A stretch of 64,000 nt of DNA, taken from contig OZ244742.1 of the NCBI GenBank assembly GCA_965219415.1, positions 1,408,001 through 1,472,000 on the forward strand, written 5' to 3'. The translations under genes and the position numbers were made by a program. Within the stretch, counting starts at the first letter, position 1; each line of letters begins with the position of its first letter. Shown piece by piece: positions 53,405 to 61,921 of this stretch. The notes under the pieces were generated by a model, which was given only the letters and a program-made list of their open reading frames with translations, was not told where the DNA came from and ran no database searches. This DNA comes from Candidatus Marinacidobacterales bacterium. Its GTDB lineage: Bacteria > Acidobacteriota > Vicinamibacteria > Marinacidobacterales > DATDRI01.

Positions 53405-53529
53405 CGAGGTTGGCGGTCTTCCGGATACCGCGGCTCGAGCGCCTCACCCCGGGCGTTTATCAACATCGCCTCACCTTGCTGCCACGACGACATTGGGAAT
53501 TTGACTTCGCGCTCGACCTTAATACCCAA
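53401..53529 (-). pseudogene. 42-aa remnant of a CYTH (class IV adenylate cyclase-like) gene
   Basis: GGAGAG RBS, TTG start, MGIKVEREVKFP (ExExK motif); its TGA overlaps the next ATG (ATGA). Not in the ORF track because it is under 60 aa. Confidence 0.7.
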
Positions 53530-53635
53530 GCCGGTTCTCTCCCCGCGGTCTCGAAAACCGTTCCCTAGTGCCCGCTATCAGCGACACTAGATGATCGAGG
53601 ATAGTAGACGGTACCGAAAAAGGAAAATTGCGCTT

Positions 53636-56600
53636 CTAGGCGTGTGGCGCGGGCGCGGTGACGACCGAGGCCCTTTCTTCGAGTTTCACCGAGACCAGCT
53701 TGGAGATCCCCGGCTCCTCCATGGTGACACCGTACATTTGGTCGGCGTGCTCCATCGTTCGGAGGTTGTGGGTGATAACGATGAATTGGGTTGTCTTCCT
53801 GAGCTCGGCCAGCATGGAGAGGAATCGGCCGACGTTGGCCTCGTCGAGCGGAGCGTCGACTTCGTCCAAGAGGCAAAAGGGCGAGGGCTTGTAGCGGAAT
53901 ATGGCGAACATGATGGCGATCGCAGTCATCGCCTTTTCCCCTCCCGAGAGGAGCAACACGTTTTGAAGCTTCTTCCCCGGCGGCTGGGCAATGATATCGA
54001 TGCCGCTATCCAAGACGTCGTTCTCGTCAATGAGTCGAAGGCCGGCTCGCCCGCCCCCGAAGAGCTGTTTGAACGTCGCCGCAAAGTGATGGTTGATCCC
54101 TTCGAGGGCTTCCAGGAACTTCTGCCGAGAGGTGGAATCGATCCGCTGAATGGCCTTTTCGGTAGATGCGATGGAGTCGAGAAGATCTTTGCGCTGACCG
54201 GTGAGGAACTCGTCCCGCGTCTCGAGCTCGAGATACTCTTCGTCGGCCATCGGATTTACCGGTCCGATGGAATCCAGCTTCCGTTTGAGCTCGGAGAGCT
54301 CGGCCTTGAGCGTCTCGTCGTTCTTGCTGAGATCACCAGGGCTCAACAAGTGGGCCGCTTCCGGGAGTGTTATCTCGTGCGATTCTTGGAAGCTCTGCCG
54401 GAGATGACTCATCTCTGACTCCTCCCTGGTCAGAGCGATCTCTTGGGCGGAGCGTTTTTCGCGCGTCTCCTCCAGCTCTTTTCGCCGGAGCTTGAGAGCC
54501 CCTTCCGTTGACTCGATGCGCCCCCGAAGCCGGCCCGCCGCCTCCTCGAGCCCGGTGAAGCCCTCCCGGAGTGAGTCCCTCTGCGTGAGCGACCCGGTTA
54601 GCTCGGTCTCGGCGTGCGCGAGCTCTTCTTCAACCTCGGACAAGCGCTCCCCGAGCCCGAGCTGCTCTTTTCGGCCCGCTTCCGTGCGCGCCCCGAGCTC
54701 ACTCACGCCTTCCTGCAATCGTTCGACGTCTACCCTGACTGCCTGCACGCGCTCTCGCAGCGCGGCGACGGTGGTAGCCTCTTCCGCGGCTTTGCCTTGG
54801 AGACCCTCGACCTCAGTCCGACGCTCGGCCAGGCTCAACCGAGCTTCCTCCGATCGAGACTCGATTTGGTTCTTAGCTTCTTCCTCGGAGGCAAGCGAGG
54901 CTTCCATTTCCACCCGTTTATCACCCAAGTTGCTCTTCTCGGAATCGGCGCGTGCCAGCTCGCTCGACAAGACTTCGGTTTTACGCTCCGCCCGCGTCCA
55001 CTCCTCGTCGAGCTGGCGGCCCCGATGCTCGAGGCCAACGAGTACCTTATCGAGAGAGTGTTGTTCCTCGGAAACCGAAGCCAATCTTTCCTCTCTCGCC
55101 CCGAGCACTTTCTGGATTTCTTCCTTGCGGGTTTCCTGCCGACTGAGTTCGGTCGCGTTGTGGGATAGCTTCTCCTTGAGCTCGCGGATTTCTCGCCGGC
55201 TGCTGAGCAGCCCCTCGCTCGGTCCTCCAGGACCCGCCCGTAGCACTCCCGGTGGGGAGAGAATCTCTCCGCTCGCTAAGCTCACGTAAGGAACCCCCGG
55301 CTCGAGTCGGAAAGCTCGAAACGCAGCCTCGATGCCATCGACCACGATCGCGTCGGGAAGCGAACGTCGTAGAAGCTCGGACTTGCCGTTCGTCCAACGA
55401 ACCGCGTCACTCAGACGCCCCACCACGCCGTCGACGCCGGTACGTCGAAGATTCTCGAGGGCGTCTCGGACTGGCGAAGTCCTCATCGTGCTCGCGAGAG
55501 ACTCGATGAGGAAATCGCAGCGTCCCGCGTCCTCCTTTTCGAGCCATCGCTGAGCCGCCAGGGCGTCCTCTTCATTGTCGACCAAAATGCGCTGGAGAGA
55601 CTCCCCGTAGAATCGTTCCGCGGCTCGCTCGAACTTGGGGTCGACCTCCAACGAGTCCGCGAGCACGCCTCCGAGCCGAACTTTTTTGTCAGGTCTGTCA
55701 GGTATGTCAGGTAGGTCCGACCCGGCGGTGAGCAAATGGCGCGCTCCTGCCCCGAAGTGCGTTCTAGACGTCACCAACTCTTCGAGAGAGGCGAGCCGCC
55801 CCGAAAACGAAGACGCCTCTTCCCGCCCCCGCAGCAGCTCCTGATCGACGTGCGCCAGGTCGCGTCTGAGGTCAGCGACCTCCCGCTCCGTGAGCTCTCG
55901 CTCGCTGGCGAGCTGCGCGGCGTTCGCCCGCCGCTCCTCGAGCTCCTTGGCGAGCGCCTGCTTTTCTCCCTCCAGGCGCTGGCGCTCAATCGTTAGCTCG
56001 CGCATCTCCTCTCGAAGCTTCAATGCTTCCGACGAGACCTTGTCCACATTCGCCAGAACACCTTGCAGAAAATTGTTGAGCGTCGCGATCTTACTGATGC
56101 GATGCACGAGCTCCGCACGGCTCTCTTCGATCTCTTGCTCCGTCTCGGCGAGCGAGGCGGTTGCTCGAGAGAGCTTCTCCTGAATCCGAGCCGCGTTCGC
56201 TTCCAGCTCCGTGAGTCTAGCCGCCGCCTCCTCCTCGTCGTTGCGCCGAACCACTAGTTGTCGCTCCGCCGGACCCAGGCGCGTCTCGAGATCTTCGAGC
56301 TCCTGTCCGAGCTGGCTCTGGCGACTGTCGACGTCTTTCAATTGTTGACGGCCCCGCGCGATCTGACTATCCAGCCGCTCGATGGCGAGCTCCAATCGGT
56401 GGAGCTTCTCGCGGGCATCCTCCAAACTGGATTCTTGTTCTGCCTGTTCCAACCTCAATCGCTCGAGATAGTTCTCCGCGGTCACCAAGCTGGTGGAACG
56501 CCGCAGCTCTTCGTCGGCCACCGTCTTGAGCTCTTGTCGCAAGTGTCCAAGCTTGCGCTCGAGCTCTCGGCACTTCTTCACCGCGGCGATCTGTTCGAGA

Positions 56601-57268
56601 TGACTCATCGAGGCGCGCAGGCGTTTGTAGCGCCTGGCTTTGCCGGCCTGACGCTTGAGCGAATTCATCTGGCGCTCGACCTCGTAGACGATGTCGTTCA
56701 CGCGCAAAAGGTTTTGCTGAGCCGCCTGTAGTTTCAACTCGGCGGAACGGCGACGTACCTTGTACTTGGTGATCCCAGCCGCCTCCTCGATCACCGCACG
56801 TCGGTCGGACGCCTTGCTGGAAAGAATCAGCCCTATCTTCCCCTGCTCGATGATCGAATAGGCCTTGGTGCCCATCCCGGTGTCCATGAAGAGCTCGACG
56901 ATGTCTCGCAGGCGACACGGACTGCCGTCGAGCAGGTATTCGCTGTCCCCGGAACGATACAAACGCCGTGTGACCACCGCTTCCCGGAGGCCCGATCCGT
57001 TCCCGTTGATGTTGGATAGGCGGAGGTTGACCTCGGCGAAGCCGACGGGGGGGCGACGCTCGCTGCCATTGAAGATAAGGTCCTCCATCCTTTGGCCCCT
57101 GAGGCTCTTGGCACTCTGCTCCCCGAGGGCCCACCCAATGGCGTCCGAGATGTTGCTCTTGCCGCACCCGTTGGGCCCGACGATGGCGGTAACCCCTTCG
57201 TGGAAGGACAGTTCTGTCCGCTCACCGAAGCTTTTGAAACCTAGGATGTCTACCCGGTCTAATCTCAT
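53636..57268 (-). CDS. smc: Chromosome segregation protein SMC
   Basis: GPNGCGKSN, coiled coils and hinge, LSGGEK, LDEVDAPLD. Confidence 0.98.
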   Translation of the reverse strand: MRLDRVDILGFKSFGERTELSFHEGVTAIVGPNGCGKSNISDAIGWALGEQSAKSLRGQRMEDLIFNGSERRPPVGFAEVNLRLSNINGNGSGLREAVVTRRLYRSGDSEYLLDGSPCRLRDIVELFMDTGMGTKAYSIIEQGKIGLILSSKASDRRAVIEEAAGITKYKVRRRSAELKLQAAQQNLLRVNDIVYEVERQMNSLKRQAGKARRYKRLRASMSHLEQIAAVKKCRELERKLGHLRQELKTVADEELRRSTSLVTAENYLERLRLEQAEQESSLEDAREKLHRLELAIERLDSQIARGRQQLKDVDSRQSQLGQELEDLETRLGPAERQLVVRRNDEEEAAARLTELEANAARIQEKLSRATASLAETEQEIEESRAELVHRISKIATLNNFLQGVLANVDKVSSEALKLREEMRELTIERQRLEGEKQALAKELEERRANAAQLASERELTEREVADLRRDLAHVDQELLRGREEASSFSGRLASLEELVTSRTHFGAGARHLLTAGSDLPDIPDRPDKKVRLGGVLADSLEVDPKFERAAERFYGESLQRILVDNEEDALAAQRWLEKEDAGRCDFLIESLASTMRTSPVRDALENLRRTGVDGVVGRLSDAVRWTNGKSELLRRSLPDAIVVDGIEAAFRAFRLEPGVPYVSLASGEILSPPGVLRAGPGGPSEGLLSSRREIRELKEKLSHNATELSRQETRKEEIQKVLGAREERLASVSEEQHSLDKVLVGLEHRGRQLDEEWTRAERKTEVLSSELARADSEKSNLGDKRVEMEASLASEEEAKNQIESRSEEARLSLAERRTEVEGLQGKAAEEATTVAALRERVQAVRVDVERLQEGVSELGARTEAGRKEQLGLGERLSEVEEELAHAETELTGSLTQRDSLREGFTGLEEAAGRLRGRIESTEGALKLRRKELEETREKRSAQEIALTREESEMSHLRQSFQESHEITLPEAAHLLSPGDLSKNDETLKAELSELKRKLDSIGPVNPMADEEYLELETRDEFLTGQRKDLLDSIASTEKAIQRIDSTSRQKFLEALEGINHHFAATFKQLFGGGRAGLRLIDENDVLDSGIDIIAQPPGKKLQNVLLLSGGEKAMTAIAIMFAIFRYKPSPFCLLDEVDAPLDEANVGRFLSMLAELRKTTQFIVITHNLRTMEHADQMYGVTMEEPGISKLVSVKLEERASVVTAPAPHA

Positions 57269-57304
57269 GGCCGCATGGCGTCGTAAATTGTCTGCAGAAA
57301 GCGG

Positions 57305-57334
57305 AGTTTAGCACAGCTGGTGAGTAGCATTCAA
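57305..57334 (-). promoter_or_regulatory. Sigma70-type promoter of smc
   Basis: TTGAAT-N18-TAAACT with extended TG. Confidence 0.5.
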
Positions 57335-57340
57335 CGCGGA

Positions 57341-57387
57341 ACGCTAGATGTGGTGGAAAGGCTTTCTAGCCCTACTATATCTGTGTG
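57341..57387. promoter_or_regulatory. Tandem NrdR boxes
   Basis: ACGCTAGATGTGGTGG (57341-57356) and CTACTATATCTGTGTG (57372-57387), 31 bp apart; both resemble acaCwAtATaTwGtgt. Confidence 0.65.
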
Positions 57388-57558
57388 CGACTGCGGAGGT
57401 CTTAGATATGACCGGCACCCAAGATTCGGAGCTGCAAAGCAGAAACCTAGTAAAGCGGAGCGTGCCGTCGAGTGTTTGGCCATCTCTCGAGCGCTGTGTT
57501 AATTTGGATCGGGCCTCTTAGATATCGTCGAGTATCGCCTCGGCGCTACCGACTCCCC

Positions 57559-59904
57559 ATGCTGCGCATTCTCGACCGATACACCCTACGTGAGATAGGC
57601 CCACCGTTCCTGCTGGGGCTTGGGGTGTTTACTTTCGTCTTCCTGCTCAACGAGATCCTTCGCTACGCCCAAATCCTGATCACCCAAGGGGCTAGCCTCG
57701 ACAGCGTGATTGGCATCCTTGTCAATTTGTTACCGAGCGTGCTTTGCTTGACGATCCCGATGGGGGTCTTGCTCGGAATCCTCATTGCGCTGGGACGACT
57801 CGCCGCGGACAGCGAGATCACCGCGCTTCGCGCTAGCGGTGTCAGCCTTTACCGCTTGCTCATTCCCATTATGGTCGCCGCGACACTTGGCTGGATGGCT
57901 ACTTCCTATTTGATCATAGAGGTACTACCCGACTCGAACCAGGCCGTCCGAAGGCTCCTTTTTCAAGTCATCGCCTCTAAGGCAAAGACGGACATCCGCC
58001 CACGAGTCTTCTACGACACGCTCTTTCCTAACTTCATGTTCCTGGTGATGGACATGCCATCGGGCGACGAAGACTGGAGCAACGTATTCCTGGCCGACCT
58101 GACTTCCCCTACTGCCCCGCGGATCACCCTGGCTCACGCGGGGCAGCTGGTGGTGGATTCCGAAAAGCAGACGGTCAATTTCTACCTGCGAGACGGCGAG
58201 GTGCACCAGGTGACCTACGCACGCCCCGGCGAGTACGACCTGCAGACCTTTTCCGAGACCGTGCTTCCGCTGACCAACAAAACATTCTTCCCCCCGGAGG
58301 ATATGGACGTACCGCGCGGGGCGAGGGAAATGGGAATCCCGCAGCTTTTCGAGTCCTATCGAAAATCCGGTCTTCCCATTTATTTGGTCGAGATTCACAA
58401 GAAGTTCTCGATCCCCTTCGCCTGTTTCGTCTTCGGTGTTCTGGGGCTTGCGCTCGGGATTCGCAACCGTCGCGAGGGGCGTTCTTGGGGATTCGTAGTG
58501 AGCATCGCCGTTATATTCGTTTACTACGTTCTCATTCAATTGGGGGACGGCGTCGCCAAGCAAGGAAATCTTTCGCCTTCGCTCGCGATGTGGATGCCCA
58601 ACGTGGCGCTCGGCATTGCGGGACTGGCCCTCCTCTTGAGGAATGCTCGGGAATCGTCCGTCGGCCTCTCCACCATCGGGTACGCCATCAAGGGTGGCAT
58701 CCAAAAACTCTGGCGTTTGGCCAGACGAGCCCCCGCCGATTCGAAGGCTCTTCCCCAAGAATCCAAGCGCCGCGGTACGGGACCGGTCGTCGTGCTCCAC
58801 ATTCCCCGTATCGTCCTGCGGTTCCCGAATACGCTAGATCGCTACGTCTCTCGCGAGTTCTTCCGTTACTTCGGCCTGGTGCTGTCCGCCCTCGTCGTGG
58901 TCTATGTTTTGGGATTGCTGGTGGACGTGATCCCGTCCGCCATCGAAAATCGGATCAAGGGCAAGCTCGTGGTCGACTACGTCGGTAACGAGATGCCTCA
59001 GATTCTTTTTCACATGTTGCCCATGGCGACACTCATGGCCACGCTCATCAACTTTGCCCTTCTTTCCAAGACCAGCGAGCTCATCGCCGCCAAGGCCGGC
59101 GGGATCAGTATGTACCGCGCCTCGATTCCCATCGTCTTGATCGGCTTTTTCGTCAGCCTGTTCTGTTTCGGAATCCAAGAATATCTGCTCCCCTATACCA
59201 ACCGACGCGCCTCCGAATTGCGTGACGAGATCAAAGATCGGCCGGTCCAAACGCACAACTTGCTCAACCGCCGGTGGATATTGGGTCAAGACGAACGGAT
59301 CTACAACTACGCCTACTACGACGCCGAGGAGCGTCTCTTCAACGGACTTGCTGTCTACGAATTCGATCCCGACCGCTTTTCACTCACCCAGCGGTTTTAT
59401 GCGCAGACCGCCGCCTGGCACCAAACCTCGGCCCGCTGGATGATGCGAGACGGCTGGTTTCGTCACTTCGATGCCCAAGCCGAGATCGAGCGCTTCGACG
59501 AGCTCGGCATGCTCGCGATGGAACCGCCCGATTACTTTACCAAGGAGCGGCGCCAGTCGAGCCAGATGACCTATCTGGAGCTCGCCGACTATATAGGTGA
59601 GTTGAGTCAGTCGGGATTTGATGTGGTGCATCTGAAGGTGGCCCTATACAGCAAGATCTCCTTTCCGTTGGCGGCGCTGGTCACCCTGCTGATTGGGGTC
59701 CCATTCTCTTTTACGCCCGGCAGGAAGGGAGCCCTCTACGGAATCGGGATTGCGATCGTCGTAGGCCTGACCTACTACATCACGACGCGCGTGTTCGCCT
59801 TCATGGGAGACTCGGCTATGCTGCCTCCCCTCATGGCGGCGTGGGCTCCCAACGTACTCTTCGGCGTGGCCGCCCTGTACGCGCTCTTCATGGTGAAGAC
59901 CTAG
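57559..59904 (+). CDS. Fused LptF-LptG LPS export permease
   Basis: Two YjgP/YjgQ units, each starting LDRY and containing SEI/LxAxxAxG and AxWxPN. Confidence 0.92.
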   Translation: MLRILDRYTLREIGPPFLLGLGVFTFVFLLNEILRYAQILITQGASLDSVIGILVNLLPSVLCLTIPMGVLLGILIALGRLAADSEITALRASGVSLYRLLIPIMVAATLGWMATSYLIIEVLPDSNQAVRRLLFQVIASKAKTDIRPRVFYDTLFPNFMFLVMDMPSGDEDWSNVFLADLTSPTAPRITLAHAGQLVVDSEKQTVNFYLRDGEVHQVTYARPGEYDLQTFSETVLPLTNKTFFPPEDMDVPRGAREMGIPQLFESYRKSGLPIYLVEIHKKFSIPFACFVFGVLGLALGIRNRREGRSWGFVVSIAVIFVYYVLIQLGDGVAKQGNLSPSLAMWMPNVALGIAGLALLLRNARESSVGLSTIGYAIKGGIQKLWRLARRAPADSKALPQESKRRGTGPVVVLHIPRIVLRFPNTLDRYVSREFFRYFGLVLSALVVVYVLGLLVDVIPSAIENRIKGKLVVDYVGNEMPQILFHMLPMATLMATLINFALLSKTSELIAAKAGGISMYRASIPIVLIGFFVSLFCFGIQEYLLPYTNRRASELRDEIKDRPVQTHNLLNRRWILGQDERIYNYAYYDAEERLFNGLAVYEFDPDRFSLTQRFYAQTAAWHQTSARWMMRDGWFRHFDAQAEIERFDELGMLAMEPPDYFTKERRQSSQMTYLELADYIGELSQSGFDVVHLKVALYSKISFPLAALVTLLIGVPFSFTPGRKGALYGIGIAIVVGLTYYITTRVFAFMGDSAMLPPLMAAWAPNVLFGVAALYALFMVKT

Positions 59905-59908
59905 TGAC

Positions 59909-60038
59909 TTAGTGCGGACGATTGGGCCTGCGCGCGGAGCCATCAGCTGTCCCGAAGCCGCCTGCCGGCGAAGGGACGGCGGTGGGGGTGGGGCCGCCGC
60001 ACTGATAAAGGGTGCGTGAATTTGTCTGCATCCTGCTA
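59909..60038. repeat. ~130-bp REP/MITE-like element, copy 2
   Basis: Colinear with 14942-15071; fills the gap between two convergent stop codons. Confidence 0.8.
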
Positions 60039-61829
60039 GTTTTCGGCCGCGCAAAACTCAAGCCCGCGCACTTCAATCAAACCCGACGTTCCGGGACGGG
60101 TGTTGCCTGCGTCAAGAACGAAGAAGAGGCCACGCGTTTGATCGAGATCGAGATGCCCGTCGGTCGTCTCGCTGATGCTGCGGAGCTTTTCGAAGGGGAG
60201 GAGGACGTCGCGCCACTCGCCCGAAGTCGTGAAGGAGCTCGCCCACCACTCGGTGTCTTCCACCGACGCACCGGCCCGTGCGTCGCGAAGCTGCACCGTG
60301 ACACGGTACATATCCTCTCCCCGGACTTGGAATCGGATGGCGTCGAAACCGGCAATGTCACGAGGAGTCCGATCGGCGACCGAGCACCAGACGTAGGGTC
60401 GGTCGTCATTAGGCTCGGAGAGGTGGAATTCCATGCGAAAGGCACCGCCAGTGGAGAGCGCGCCCTGTTCATCCATTCGCGATGCGGGATCGTGCTCGGC
60501 GTGAAACGCCATCTTCCATGGTTCCTCACCCACAGGATGGCAGGACATCATTTCCTCGGACGCCGCGGACGAATGTCGCGGAGATTCGGTCCTGGGAGCC
60601 TGCCTACGCTCCGCGACCTCCCCTGATGAGACTGACGAGACGAAGATGGGGTTCGAGACGATCCAAGGCTGTTCGCGTCGGCCGGGGACGAATCGCGAAT
60701 CGAGAATAGCTTCCACGCGATAGATGCCCGGTCCATCGATCGGATGCGACAGCGGGCGGTCAGTCGACTCCACCAGCGAAGTTCCATCCTTCAGTAGGCG
60801 CAGCCGCGTTCCGGCCGGAGCCTCGACCGAGGCGACGAGTCGGAACGAGCCGGCCTCGACCACGTCGACCGGAATGTGGCTCCCAATTGGCCATTCGCGC
60901 GAACCATCTTCGGCATGGAATCGGAAGCGAGAGCCGTCGGCCAGTCCATCGAAGCTCATGAACCCGCTACCGTTCTTGAGAGCGCGGTAGATCGACGCCC
61001 GGTCTTTCACGGCATCGCCGACGAGAGGTTCATTCAATATCAAATGGTTGCGTGCCATCTCGAAAACCGATCCATAGCTGGGCCAGGGCAGCTCGAAACC
61101 CCAGGGCAATGTGGCGTGACCGTGTGCGTCGAGACCTACCCAGGCGACCACATCGCGCTCTTGAAGCATTGCGTCCCAATCTTCCAAGAGACGCGGCTCC
61201 CAATCCAAACCGGCAGCCAGAGCGCGCCGCGGTGAGAAGGGATAGGCGGCGGCCGCGATGGCGACACTCCATCCGCTCTGACGCCTCCATCCACTGAAGA
61301 AATTGAACAGCTCGATGCCGGTGAGGCCCGAAACATCCCAATTGGCCCAAGCGAAATTGGCCCTCCGGGCGTAGGGATGGGCGGCGATGGCAAAGCCCCC
61401 CATCTCGCTGATGTTCCTGAGCGTCTCCGCAGGGCCGGTTCCGAAACGAAGGACCGGATCCGGGATGTCCAGCGCTAGAACGTGCCCCCCCTCGGTCGCC
61501 ACCTCGCTTCCCGCGAGAAGTAGCACCCCTCCCCGATACTCCTGGCCCTCGTTTCGAAGCGCGACGGGGTCGCGGTGATCGGTGAGCACTACGAAGTCGA
61601 GGCCCGTCTGCTTCGCAGCACGGAGGATGTCGGCCACGCTTCCCGAACCATCGGAATAGCTGGAGTGCACGTGAACGACACCGACCGCACGCCGCTCGAC
61701 ATACGAATCTGGGGCGGCGAGCGAGAAAGGCGGTGGCGGCGGATTGGACGGAAGGCTCGCGACAATCGCGATGACGGAGAGCCCAAGCAGTATGGAGAAC
61801 GCTATGGAGGCGGCGCGGAGAAACCGCAT
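60036..61829 (-). CDS. Exported PHP-family metallohydrolase with C-terminal CIA30/CBM11-like domain
   Basis: HVHS..SDG, TDH, AHP, ELFN, GLDAH motifs; C-terminus FDAIRFQVRG...WRDVLLPF...LDLDQ. Confidence 0.8.
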   Translation of the reverse strand: MRFLRAASIAFSILLGLSVIAIVASLPSNPPPPPFSLAAPDSYVERRAVGVVHVHSSYSDGSGSVADILRAAKQTGLDFVVLTDHRDPVALRNEGQEYRGGVLLLAGSEVATEGGHVLALDIPDPVLRFGTGPAETLRNISEMGGFAIAAHPYARRANFAWANWDVSGLTGIELFNFFSGWRRQSGWSVAIAAAAYPFSPRRALAAGLDWEPRLLEDWDAMLQERDVVAWVGLDAHGHATLPWGFELPWPSYGSVFEMARNHLILNEPLVGDAVKDRASIYRALKNGSGFMSFDGLADGSRFRFHAEDGSREWPIGSHIPVDVVEAGSFRLVASVEAPAGTRLRLLKDGTSLVESTDRPLSHPIDGPGIYRVEAILDSRFVPGRREQPWIVSNPIFVSSVSSGEVAERRQAPRTESPRHSSAASEEMMSCHPVGEEPWKMAFHAEHDPASRMDEQGALSTGGAFRMEFHLSEPNDDRPYVWCSVADRTPRDIAGFDAIRFQVRGEDMYRVTVQLRDARAGASVEDTEWWASSFTTSGEWRDVLLPFEKLRSISETTDGHLDLDQTRGLFFVLDAGNTRPGTSGLIEVRGLEFCAAEN

Positions 61830-61858
61830 TGCTCAGGGTACACCACGCCGGTAATCCG

Positions 61859-61913
61859 GGGACAGGTTATTTATTTCGCGCTGCCTCGGAAACTGAAATG
61901 GATAACCTGTCCC
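61859..61913. repeat. Inverted repeat/hairpin downstream of metK
   Basis: GGGACAGGTTAT (61859-61870) pairs perfectly with ATAACCTGTCCC (61902-61913). Confidence 0.7.
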
Positions 61914-61921
61914 GATTTTCT

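Noticed and set aside
57559-59904. LptF-LptG fusion as a novelty
   Set aside because: To my knowledge the fusion is common in Acidobacteriota, so I treat it as a taxonomic hint rather than a discovery.
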